Positions 8,533-16,629 of a stretch of DNA of 64,000 bases are shown piece by piece. Each line of letters opens with the position of its first letter. Within the stretch, counting starts at the first letter, position 1. The notes below the pieces were generated by a model. The model saw only the letters and a program-made list of their open reading frames with translations, searched no databases and was not told where the DNA came from. The DNA lies in contig JAYSLY010000007.1 of assembly GCA_043725085.1 (NCBI GenBank), positions 1,471 to 65,470 on the forward strand. The letters are read 5' to 3'. Both the position numbers and the translations under genes were made by a program. The DNA comes from a bacterium (GTDB taxonomy: Bacteria > Patescibacteriota > Minisyncoccia > Moranbacterales > UBA2206).

Positions 8533-9267
8533 ATGGAGCAAGAATTATCCCAACTCGGCCTCACACCCAACGAAATCAAGGTTTATCTCGTACTTTTGGA
8601 ATTGGGCGAAAATACGGTGGGACCACTGATCAAGAAACTCGGGATGCACCGCCAAGTCGCCTATGATGCGCTCGAAGGCCTCAAAGAGAGAAATATGGTG
8701 CTTAGTTCCACCAAAAACAACCGCCTGATCTTTCGCATCGCCAACCCGCAAAATATCCTGGACAATATTGAACAACAAAAAATGGTGGCCAATAATCTGA
8801 TGGGTGAAATCAATGACCGCTTGGCCGGACAGAAAAAGGGCCAAGAAATCCGGGTCTATGAAGGCGAAAAAGCCTATCGTGATTTCATCCGCCGGAGAAA
8901 TGACTTGCAACCGCCCAATACGACATACATGGTTATGAGCGGAATGAGTTTGATATATAAAGATATGATGACCAAAGGCAGAATCTATGAACGGATCAAT
9001 CGCATTCGCAAAAAAAACAATATCAACACAAAAATTTTGATGAATGACGCCCATAGAAATGAAGCGGAAAAACTTCAGCGCGTCAACTCAGAGATTCGCT
9101 TTCTGCCGGAAGGCTTCAATTCCCCCACTTCATTTGACATCTGGCATGATTCCATCTCGCTCATCTCACACGCCAACGGCGTCTTCTGCATCGAGATCAA
9201 GAACGACGATTTTCACCGGTCCTATTTGACCTATTTTGAGTTGCTTTGGCAGATGGCGAAAAAATAG
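8533..9267 (+). CDS. TrmB-family HTH transcriptional regulator
   Basis: LTPNEIKVYLVLLELGENTVGPLIKKLGMHRQVAYDALEGL wHTH. Ends ...YFELLWQMAKK. Its last 49 nt are duplicated at 10599-10647. Confidence 0.55.
   Translation: MEQELSQLGLTPNEIKVYLVLLELGENTVGPLIKKLGMHRQVAYDALEGLKERNMVLSSTKNNRLIFRIANPQNILDNIEQQKMVANNLMGEINDRLAGQKKGQEIRVYEGEKAYRDFIRRRNDLQPPNTTYMVMSGMSLIYKDMMTKGRIYERINRIRKKNNINTKILMNDAHRNEAEKLQRVNSEIRFLPEGFNSPTSFDIWHDSISLISHANGVFCIEIKNDDFHRSYLTYFELLWQMAKK
9219..9267 (+). repeat. direct repeat DR1 (49 bp), which is the 3' end of the TrmB-like gene
   Basis: gtcctatttgacctattttgagttgctttggcagatggcgaaaaaatag. Repeated with one mismatch at 10599-10647. Confidence 0.8.
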
Positions 9268-9337
9268 AGTTGACAACTTCCCTATTATATGATACGCTAT
9301 TATTATCAAATATGTTAATAATTAAGTATCATTAAAT

Positions 9338-10033
9338 ATGAACGAAACTCAACTAACCAACTACATCAAAGAATTCGGCATCGCGCGCGACCAGATTTTG
9401 CGCGAAGAAGCGGAGATGGAAATTTTATCCGAACTTTCCAAAAGCAAATTAAGCGCGAACTTGGTTTTTTATGGCGGAACGGCTTTGCGATTAGCTTATG
9501 GCTCCCCGCGCTTTTCCGAAGACCTTGATTTATTGGTGATAAAAAAAATTAGTTTTGCCGAATTTAAAAACTTTACCGCAAGTTTAATTAAAAATCACAC
9601 AAATTGGACACTGAAAGATCTCAAAGATAAGCGCCGGATGATATTCGCTCTGGTTAGTATTAATGATGAAAAATTAAAGCATGCGTTTTCCGTCAAAATC
9701 GAAGTACACAAGCCTGAGCGCAAACCAAAATTAGAAACTGAACTAGCACTCGTCAAAAGCCCACTAAGCATCGCCGAGCCATTACTTTTAGTTCCAACAC
9801 TTACGGAACTAAAACGACTGAAAGAATCTGCCTTGGCCGGAAGAAAAAAAGGTCGCGATATTTTTGACCTTTGGTATATCGCCAAAGCTCTGCGTGAAAA
9901 TTTCATTCTGCCAAAAAATTTACCAAAATATGGAAAAAAAGAATTTCAAAATGAACTGCAAGTATTTTTGCCAAAAAAATACTACCCGGTCATAACTCAA
10001 CTCTATGAACAATTTGGAAATAAAACTAAATAG
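9338..10033 (+). CDS. AbiEii/AbiGii-family nucleotidyltransferase toxin
   Basis: 231 aa. LVFYGGTALRLAYGSPRFSEDLDLLV nucleotidyltransferase signature. Confidence 0.7.
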   Translation: MNETQLTNYIKEFGIARDQILREEAEMEILSELSKSKLSANLVFYGGTALRLAYGSPRFSEDLDLLVIKKISFAEFKNFTASLIKNHTNWTLKDLKDKRRMIFALVSINDEKLKHAFSVKIEVHKPERKPKLETELALVKSPLSIAEPLLLVPTLTELKRLKESALAGRKKGRDIFDLWYIAKALRENFILPKNLPKYGKKEFQNELQVFLPKKYYPVITQLYEQFGNKTK

Positions 10034-10577
10034 AATCCCTAAAAGCTATTTTTCTTTTGCCGATGCCAGAAAAGTCGCCCGGTTGGATGATGCAAGTCTC
10101 CGTGTGGCAATCAGCCGCTTAGTTAAGGCTGGAAAAATAATCTCGCTAACCAAGGGCTATTATTGCCAAGATTTGGCCAAGCTAGATTTTCCCAGGCTAG
10201 CGCTGGAAATTTATGCGCCAAGTTATTTGTCCTTTGAATGGGTGCTTGGGCAAACCGGTATTTTGAGCCAAAAATCCTATGCCTTGACACTTGCAACCGC
10301 AAAACGCGCTCGTCAAATTGAAATCGCCGGCACAACTTTGATCTATCGCCATTTGCAAACAGATTTATTTTTTGGATATGAAATCAAAGATGGCTACCTA
10401 ATTGCGCAGCCGGAAAAAGCTTTTTTAGATCTCGCCTATCTGTCTCTCAACGGCTACGCGAAATTTGATGCGGAAGAAATGAACTTGACGCTACTTGATG
10501 AAAATAAAATAAAAAACTACTTGAAAAAGTTTGGGAGTAAACGATTGAATACATTGATAAACAACTTATTTGCATAG
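10005..10577 (+). CDS. AbiEi-family antitoxin, placed after the toxin (inverted order)
   Basis: 190 aa. LRVAISRLVKAGKIISLTKGYYC and LEIYAPSYLSFEWVLGQTGIL mirror 252-872. Overlaps AbiEii by 29 nt. Confidence 0.65.
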   Translation: MNNLEIKLNRIPKSYFSFADARKVARLDDASLRVAISRLVKAGKIISLTKGYYCQDLAKLDFPRLALEIYAPSYLSFEWVLGQTGILSQKSYALTLATAKRARQIEIAGTTLIYRHLQTDLFFGYEIKDGYLIAQPEKAFLDLAYLSLNGYAKFDAEEMNLTLLDENKIKNYLKKFGSKRLNTLINNLFA

Positions 10578-10598
10578 AAAAAACGCAAACTTTCGTAA

Positions 10599-10647
10599 GT
10601 CCTATCTGACCTATTTTGAGTTGCTTTGGCAGATGGCGAAAAAATAG
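10599..10647 (+). repeat. direct repeat DR2 (49 bp)
   Basis: gtcctatctgacctattttgagttgctttggcagatggcgaaaaaatag. One T/C mismatch versus DR1. Confidence 0.8.
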
Positions 10648-10783
10648 CTTTCAAACTAAACCTCGCTAATCACATCAAAGCCCTTGAAACTACCGGTAAT
10701 GGCCAGCCGATTACTTTTTTTGCCAAACCTCTTTCTTTAATCTTTCTGGCAATTTGGCAAGCCCCCCCCTGAATATCATCAAG

Positions 10784-10856
10784 TTGACAGTTTACTGTCA
10801 ACTGTCAACCAAATAGCAAGTATTGACAGGTGAGTCCTCACCAGTCAAGACTCACC
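10784..10856. promoter_or_regulatory. cluster of TTGACAG/CTGTCAA inverted repeats and a GGTGAGTC...GACTCACC palindrome about 150 bp upstream of mutM
   Basis: TTGACAGTttACTGTCAA CTGTCAA ... TTGACAGGTGAGTCctcaccagtcaaGACTCACC. Confidence 0.4.
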
Positions 10857-10985
10857 TCCACAATCCCGCCAACCCAATACATCAAACAAATATTCAACTG
10901 TCGACAAATTGTAAATAAAAGAAATAATAGTGCGAAAATTCTGTTTTTATGCTAGTCTTTTAAAAGCATTAACTTCATAAATATC

Positions 10986-11858
10986 ATGCCCGAACTACCC
11001 GAAGTCGAAACTATTGTCAGTGATTTGAACCGAAAAATCAAAGGCGCGCGCATTCTTTCTTTTTGGTCTGATTTTCCCAAAGCGATCAAAGGCATGGCAC
11101 TTCCGAAATTCAAGCGTGAAATGCAAGACAAAAAAATTATTCGCGCCGAGCGGGTGGGGAAAAATATTTTTCTCCATCTTTCCGGCGAAAAATCTTTGCA
11201 CATTCATTTGCGGATGACGGGGCATTTACTCATCAAAAAACAAGATACAAGATACAAAAAGCAAACAAAGGAAAATACAACTTTTTTTAACGAGAAAGTT
11301 AATCAATATATTCACCATGTTTGGCAATTGGATAAAGATCGCACTTTGGAATTTTCTGATTTGCGAAAGTTTGCAACGATGTGGCTAATGGATACTAAAA
11401 ATATTTCCGCCTATCTTGTTGACAAAAAAATCGGCATCGACGCGATGGATGAGAAGTTTACTTTGATCAAATTCAATGATTTACTTGACCTGAAGCCGGC
11501 CATGCCGATTGGCATATTCCTCCTTGATCAAAGCCTGATTTCGGGCATCGGCAACATCTATCGCAGTGAAATTTTATTTTCCGCCGGAGTTTTGCCTGAA
11601 CGCAAAAATGAAAGTCTCGACAAAAACGAACGCAAAAAAAATTTTCGTGAAATGAGAAGGATTCTAAAACTGGCCATCAAAATGCGCGGAACATCCGACA
11701 GCGATTACCGTGACTCAGCTGGCGCGCCGGGACATTTTCAAGAAGTTTTGAAAGTTTATCGTAAAACCGGAGCGCCTTGCCCAGATTGTTTTGGAAAAGT
11801 TCAGAGAAAAACTATGGCACAACGCAGTGTGTTTTTTTGCCCGAAGTGTCAGAAATAG
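10986..11858 (+). CDS. mutM: formamidopyrimidine-DNA glycosylase
   Basis: N-terminal MPELPEVE. C-terminal zinc finger CPDCFGKV...FFCPKCQK. Confidence 0.85.
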   Translation: MPELPEVETIVSDLNRKIKGARILSFWSDFPKAIKGMALPKFKREMQDKKIIRAERVGKNIFLHLSGEKSLHIHLRMTGHLLIKKQDTRYKKQTKENTTFFNEKVNQYIHHVWQLDKDRTLEFSDLRKFATMWLMDTKNISAYLVDKKIGIDAMDEKFTLIKFNDLLDLKPAMPIGIFLLDQSLISGIGNIYRSEILFSAGVLPERKNESLDKNERKKNFREMRRILKLAIKMRGTSDSDYRDSAGAPGHFQEVLKVYRKTGAPCPDCFGKVQRKTMAQRSVFFCPKCQK

Positions 11859-11966
11859 CCCCTTTTAGGAACATTCGGGAAATACAATATGGTCCTAATG
11901 TAATTAATTTAGATTATTTTTAGTAGTTCTATTCAATAGCATAAAAAGCTTTCGAGAAAAATAAGA

Positions 11967-11997
11967 GGCGGAAATTCTTGGTTCAAGAATTTCCGCC
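11967..11997 (-). terminator. terminator for the minus-strand Cys-rich operon
   Basis: ggcggaaattcttg-gttc-aagaatttccgcc (13-bp perfect stem). On the minus strand it is followed by tcttatttttctc. Confidence 0.55.
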
Positions 11998-12031
11998 CGA
12001 GATGATGATTTTGGCATAAGTCACCTCTCCG

Positions 12032-12205
12032 CTAATCCGAGGTAACTACAATCAAAAGAATCTCTTCTTTTTCTCCATACAACCGGCAATGCTCTGCCAG
12101 CTTTTTCGGGCTTTGAATGACAAACCCGTTGTACCGCGTACAAATGTTTTTGCCTAGATGTCTAGCAAAAATACTAAAACAACAATTGCTGCATGTTTTT
12201 TCCAT
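12032..12205 (-). CDS. small Cys-rich protein (57 aa), absent from the ORF track because it is under 60 aa
   Basis: aaggagg RBS then ATG. MEKTCSNCCFSIFARHLGKNICTRYNGFVIQSPKKLAEHCRLYGEKEEILLIVVTSD. Confidence 0.4.
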   Translation of the reverse strand: MEKTCSNCCFSIFARHLGKNICTRYNGFVIQSPKKLAEHCRLYGEKEEILLIVVTSD

Positions 12206-12246
12206 ACTATGCCCTATGCCTCCTTTTTTCTATGGCCATTGAAATG

Positions 12247-12444
12247 TTAGTTCTCGCCGTTCGCGCAAGAATGAACCTGTATTGCGACGGCTTTTTCTAC
12301 TCTCTCTCCAGCCTTCAAGCAATATACATCGCCACTGTTATTATCAGCATAGCAAAGCATATCGCAACACATACACTGAAGACAATTTTTTTCATCAAGA
12401 ATTGTTGCTCCCAAGAAATGCGCTACTTCAGCTGTCTTAATCAT
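12247..12444 (-). CDS. small Cys-rich protein (65 aa)
   Basis: gaggag RBS then ATG at 12444. MIKTAEVAHFLGATILDEKNCLQCMCCDMLCYADNNSGDVYCLKAGERVEKAVAIQVHSCANGEN. The ORF-track start at 12498 is an upstream extension. Confidence 0.5.
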   Translation of the reverse strand: MIKTAEVAHFLGATILDEKNCLQCMCCDMLCYADNNSGDVYCLKAGERVEKAVAIQVHSCANGEN

Positions 12445-12494
12445 TTTCTTCTCCTCTTTTAACAGGTTTAATAAGCTGGATTTTCTTTTTGCCG

Positions 12495-12899
12495 TCAATT
12501 GCTACAGCAAAAGACCTCTGCAACTTTGTCGATTTTCATTCTTTTGGAAGTAAAAGGACATTTGCCTTTATGCCCACAACTTTCACTTCCACACACTCTC
12601 TTAATAATTAAAAAACAGTTAGCAGATTTTCCGCAAATTGAACATAGCGCAACCCTATTTTCCTGTCTCCTACTTGGTGCATAAGTGAATACCCGCCGAG
12701 TTGGTTTTGGAGAATCACCAATGCTAATTTCTTGTTGTACGACATCCTCTTCGATTGGTTTTTTCCCCATTCTGCAGTGGGGATTTTTTTCAGATCCCAC
12801 CACAGTAACACCATACGTTTTGCATTGACCGTCCTTGTAATAGCGACAGTCGACACATCTTTCAACCACCTCTTCTTGGTTAAGAGAAATTTGTAGCAT
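12495..12899 (-). CDS. Cys-rich protein (134 aa) with multiple CxxC pairs, a putative metal-binding/zinc-ribbon protein
   Basis: aaggaggtgg RBS then ATG at 12899. CVDCRYYKDGQC, CSICGKSANC, CGSESCGHKGKC, FCC. Confidence 0.5.
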   Translation of the reverse strand: MLQISLNQEEVVERCVDCRYYKDGQCKTYGVTVVGSEKNPHCRMGKKPIEEDVVQQEISIGDSPKPTRRVFTYAPSRRQENRVALCSICGKSANCFLIIKRVCGSESCGHKGKCPFTSKRMKIDKVAEVFCCSN

Positions 12900-12965
12900 A
12901 TTTCCACCTCCTTTTGGCTGGGATAACATAAACTATTTGGATTAGAAACTACTAAATTGTTAAAG

Positions 12966-13004
12966 AAAAAACCGGCTCCCTTTCGAGACCGGCTTTGGTT
13001 TTTT
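12966..13004. other. imperfect hairpin with T-tract between the divergent Cys-rich operon and the DUF3048 gene
   Basis: aaaccggctc-cctttc-gagaccggcttt followed by ggtttttt. Confidence 0.3.
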
Positions 13005-13295
13005 AAAAATGATTTTTACTCGCGCTACATTATTTCATTTTCCAAAAACCAAAGCTGGCCAGGGGTAATCCCGGACAAATTAATGACGCGCTTGGTTGTT
13101 TTGAAAACAATATTATTCATGCGCTTAATATAGCACTTATCTAATTTTTGTCAATTATTCCCTTTCAAAAAAACGATTAATGCGCTCCGCCCTACTCCTT
13201 TCGGCATTGGGCTCATTTTGCATTAAAAGACTTCTCTTTCCCTATTTTTAATTTTTGATGTATAATGGGAAAGTAATTTTTAAACCTAAAACTCA

Positions 13296-14393
13296 ATGGA
13301 AAATAAGCGAAAAGTTATTATTGCTGTTATTGCAATAGTAATCATCATAGTCGGGGCCGTCGTCTGGTCCAAAAAGAAAGGTCAAGCATCAAAAAAACAA
13401 ATTGATATCAATCAAAAAATTGATACTTCCACTCCCAGAAACCCTGCCGATGTCAGCTATCTTTCCGGATTGCCTTGTGATGATAAAGCCAGAAGGGCTG
13501 TGGCAGTAATGCAACCGGCTGATGTCGCCGCTCGTCCCGCTTCCGGTTTTTCAGATGCTGATATGGTTTTTGAAATGCCTGTTATCACCGCTTCAATCAC
13601 TCGCCTTATGGGCGTTTACGTTTGCGGAAATCCTGAAGATGTCGGGTCAATGCGCAGTGCTCGTCATGATTTTCTCAACATTGCTGCCGGACTCGATGCC
13701 ATTTTTGTTCATTGGGGACGCTCCAATATCCAAAAATTCAGAGACGTCTTGGATGCAAAGACCTATGACGACATGAACTGCAACAATGACGGCGGTCGTT
13801 CTGCTGAACAATATTGCTATCGAAAAACCGGCATGGCCCGCGGAGTTGACACCGGCTATGCTAAATTTGCTACCCTTCTGGAAGGCGCCAAGGCTTTTGG
13901 GTATAACTTGCAAAATAAGTTTGTCGGCTACCCACACAAGGATGAAGCGCCGCTTGACCAAAGACCAAATGGCGGACATTTGCGTGTTGCTTTCGCAAAA
14001 CCCTATGACGCCACATATGACTATGACAAAGCCAGCAACTCCTATTTGCGTTCTTGGGGTGGAACAGCTGATACAGACAGGAATAATGGCAAGAGAATTG
14101 CCCCAAAGAATGTGGTAGTCCTAATTGCTCAATCTGATCAATTGGTTGAAGGAGAACAATATAATAATGTTCAGCTTGGTGATCCATGGTTTGATTCAGT
14201 TGATGCCGGCGAAGCGCATTACTATATGAACGGCACAGAGGCGACTGGCACTTGGAAAAAAGACAAATCTGATGCAAAAAACAAGCTTTTCTTCTATGAT
14301 GCTAGCGGACAAGAAGTGCAATTTGTTCCCGGACAAATCTGGGTAGAAATCCTTGAACCAGGCCAAAACCTAAAATGGGAAGTAGTTAACTAA
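13296..14393 (+). CDS. DUF3048-family membrane-anchored lipoprotein (YerB-like)
   Basis: N-terminal TM segment. SDADMVFEMPVITASITRLMGVY block typical of DUF3048. Confidence 0.55.
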   Translation: MENKRKVIIAVIAIVIIIVGAVVWSKKKGQASKKQIDINQKIDTSTPRNPADVSYLSGLPCDDKARRAVAVMQPADVAARPASGFSDADMVFEMPVITASITRLMGVYVCGNPEDVGSMRSARHDFLNIAAGLDAIFVHWGRSNIQKFRDVLDAKTYDDMNCNNDGGRSAEQYCYRKTGMARGVDTGYAKFATLLEGAKAFGYNLQNKFVGYPHKDEAPLDQRPNGGHLRVAFAKPYDATYDYDKASNSYLRSWGGTADTDRNNGKRIAPKNVVVLIAQSDQLVEGEQYNNVQLGDPWFDSVDAGEAHYYMNGTEATGTWKKDKSDAKNKLFFYDASGQEVQFVPGQIWVEILEPGQNLKWEVVN

Positions 14394-14426
14394 GCTCCCG
14401 CCTAAAGCAGTAACTGATGAAACTAT

Positions 14427-15401
14427 ATGCTTTTCTTTCTCTACGGCGAAGATAATTTCCAATCATACGAAAAAGTATTGGAGATAAAAAATAAGTTTTC
14501 TCTCAATGACAAATCCCGCGCGGGTTTGTCTTTGTTTGACGCAAAAGATTCAAAAGAAAGCGCACTAGAAAAAATCAAAGTCGCCCTTTCTGCTTCGGGA
14601 CTTTTTTCCTCAAAAAAATTAATTATCCTGCGACACGTCACTAGCGAATCGCCAAGCGATGAGCAGGCAAAAATCCTCAAATTCCTGAAGGAACGCACAG
14701 AAAAACTAAAAACCGACAATGATTCTGTTTTGATTTTTTGGGAAGCAGGGATTCCTCGAAAAAATAATGCGCTGTTTAAGTTTCTCTTGGAAAATTCAAA
14801 AAAACAAAATTTTGAAAAACTCGCCGGGCTAAAACTAAACCAATGGATTCTAAAAAAGCTTAAAGATATTGCGCCGGAAACGTCAATTTCCAACGATGCG
14901 CTGGAAAAATTAATCGCCTACGTGGGAAATGACACGGCACTGCTCACGCAAGAATTGAAAAAACTAACCAATTATTCCAACGCAGAAATAATTAGCGCCG
15001 AGACGGTTAATCTGCTCACAAAAGCCAATCTCGACAATAATATCTTTGAAACAATCGAGGCGCTCTCGGCTAATCAAAAGAAAAAAGCACTGGAACTCTT
15101 CCATCGCCATCTCGAAAATGGTGATGACCCATTCTACCTTTTCTCCATGTTCGTCTATCAATTTCGAAATCTCTTGCGCATTGCTTCACTCCAGGAAAAT
15201 GGAATTTTTAGTGAATTTGAAATTGCCAAACTCTCAAAACTCCATCCATTTGTCGTGAAAAAAAGTTTTCAACAAGCAAAAAATTTCGGTGAAAAAAAAC
15301 TGATCGCCATCCACAAAAAACTGGGCGCGCTAGACGCAAAAATCAAAACCGGGCAAGCGGAAATTAAACTAGCCTTGGATAAATTTATTGTGGAACTGTA
15401 G
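14427..15401 (+). CDS. holA: DNA polymerase III delta subunit
   Basis: MLFFLYGEDNF N-terminus. Length and helical C-terminal domain consistent with HolA. Confidence 0.7.
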   Translation: MLFFLYGEDNFQSYEKVLEIKNKFSLNDKSRAGLSLFDAKDSKESALEKIKVALSASGLFSSKKLIILRHVTSESPSDEQAKILKFLKERTEKLKTDNDSVLIFWEAGIPRKNNALFKFLLENSKKQNFEKLAGLKLNQWILKKLKDIAPETSISNDALEKLIAYVGNDTALLTQELKKLTNYSNAEIISAETVNLLTKANLDNNIFETIEALSANQKKKALELFHRHLENGDDPFYLFSMFVYQFRNLLRIASLQENGIFSEFEIAKLSKLHPFVVKKSFQQAKNFGEKKLIAIHKKLGALDAKIKTGQAEIKLALDKFIVEL

Positions 15402-15638
15402 CCACATACCCTCCTCTCCCCTCGGGAGAGGACCTGCCCGAAATGCAATCGTTGCAGGCGGGTGTCACGTACTCGTGACAGGTGAGGGAAAGGGCGTTTG
15501 ATGATTTGATAGTCGTTCTTATTTATACTAACCTCTATTTTATATCGCCCTTGCCCTCATCCGCCCTTCGGTTTTACCTTGCTGAAGCTTTAGCGTAAGC
15601 AGGCCACCTTCTCCCGAAGGGCGAAGGGGATATAGACA
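15402..15638. other. GC-rich structured intergenic segment (several hairpins plus a long imperfect helix); candidate small ncRNA or compound terminator
   Basis: Hairpins CCTCTCCCctcgGGAGAGG and GTCACGtactCGTGAC. Long-range pairing of tatatcgcccttgccctcatccgcccttcgg with ccgaagggcgaaggggatata. GC content clearly above the local background. Confidence 0.25.
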
Positions 15639-15672
15639 AAAACCATCCGAAGTTCTCGGATGGTTTTTTTAT
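15639..15672. terminator. bidirectional rho-independent terminator between convergent holA and rpsT
   Basis: ccatccga-agttc-tcggatgg flanked by aaaaa and ttttttt. Confidence 0.65.
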
Positions 15673-15690
15673 TTCAAAAAGTAAGTAAAA

Positions 15691-15963
15691 CTATTTCTTG
15701 GTTACCAGCGCTTTCACGGCCTTATTCAATCTGGATTTTCTTCGAGCAGCTGTGTTCTTGTGCAGCACATTTTTTTCTACTGCCTTGTCGAGAGCTTTGA
15801 TGGATTTCTTGAGATATTCTGTCGCTTTTTCTCCGTCGGCTTTCGCAAGAGCTTCCTTGGTATATTTTATTGCGCTTCTAAAGGCTCCTTTAATTTTACG
15901 GTTTTTCTCGGTCTTCCTTTCGGTCACCCGCATATACTTCTTAGCGGCTTTTTTGATTGGCAT
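15691..15963 (-). CDS. rpsT: 30S ribosomal protein S20
   Basis: 90 aa, basic. MPIKKAAKKYMRVTERKTEKNR... Confidence 0.85.
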   Translation of the reverse strand: MPIKKAAKKYMRVTERKTEKNRKIKGAFRSAIKYTKEALAKADGEKATEYLKKSIKALDKAVEKNVLHKNTAARRKSRLNKAVKALVTKK

Positions 15964-16005
15964 AAACTTTTTCTAAATTATTGATAAATTATGGTGCTGA
16001 GACAC

Positions 16006-16533
16006 TTAGATATTTTTAGCATGCTTTGGAGATTTTGGCAAGTTTTCCTCCTTTTTTACCAAAATAATCTTTCGCTTTTTCTCATCCATCCATTCAAATC
16101 CAAGCCAAATTGCCCGCCTTGGAATTATCTCTTTGATTTTATCCGCCCACTCAACAATGCAAATATTGCTTTCATCAGCAAGCATTTCTTCCCAGCCTAA
16201 ATTCAAAATGTCACCAGAACTAACCCGATACGCATCAAAGTGATATACTTTACGAATTCTACTATTCACCATTTTCTTATTATTGCTTGCCCCGTGTGAG
16301 CATAGCGATTTTACGGGGTCTCTTGTCTTGTACTCTTTCATCACCACAAAAGTCGGGCTAGTGTAGGGCTTTTGAGCTCCCAAACCTTCCAAAAGTCCTT
16401 GTGTGAAGGTGGTTTTTCCCGCACCAAGTTCGCCGGAAAGACAAATCACCTCACCGCCAGAAAGTTCCCGGGCAAGCAATTTCCCCAGCTTTTTTGTTTC
16501 AATGTGATTTTGCGTAATAAATTCTGTTTGCAT
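16006..16533 (-). CDS. tsaE: tRNA t6A37 threonylcarbamoyladenosine biosynthesis ATPase TsaE
   Basis: LSGELGAGKTTFTQGL P-loop in the YjeE-family context. Confidence 0.7.
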   Translation of the reverse strand: MQTEFITQNHIETKKLGKLLARELSGGEVICLSGELGAGKTTFTQGLLEGLGAQKPYTSPTFVVMKEYKTRDPVKSLCSHGASNNKKMVNSRIRKVYHFDAYRVSSGDILNLGWEEMLADESNICIVEWADKIKEIIPRRAIWLGFEWMDEKKRKIILVKKEENLPKSPKHAKNI

Positions 16534-16629
16534 TTTTCCAGTCTAGCGGATTTTTTTAATTTTGCAAAACCGTCTTTGTCGACTATAATAAAGCTACTAA
16601 AAATCGCTATGTTTTAATATTTTGTGCTT

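Noticed and set aside
12193-12462. 89-aa plus-strand hydrophobic ORF overlapping the Cys-rich genes
   Set aside because: No RBS. The antisense minus-strand genes each have strong AAGGAGG-type RBSs and a dedicated terminator. Kept as the less likely alternative.
15402-15640. Possible SRP RNA, tmRNA or RNase P RNA
   Set aside because: No match by eye to the conserved SRP domain IV (GGAAGGAAGCAGC-like), a tmRNA tag-reading frame or 3' CCA-acceptor mimic, or the RNase P P4 consensus. Kept only as an unclassified structured region.
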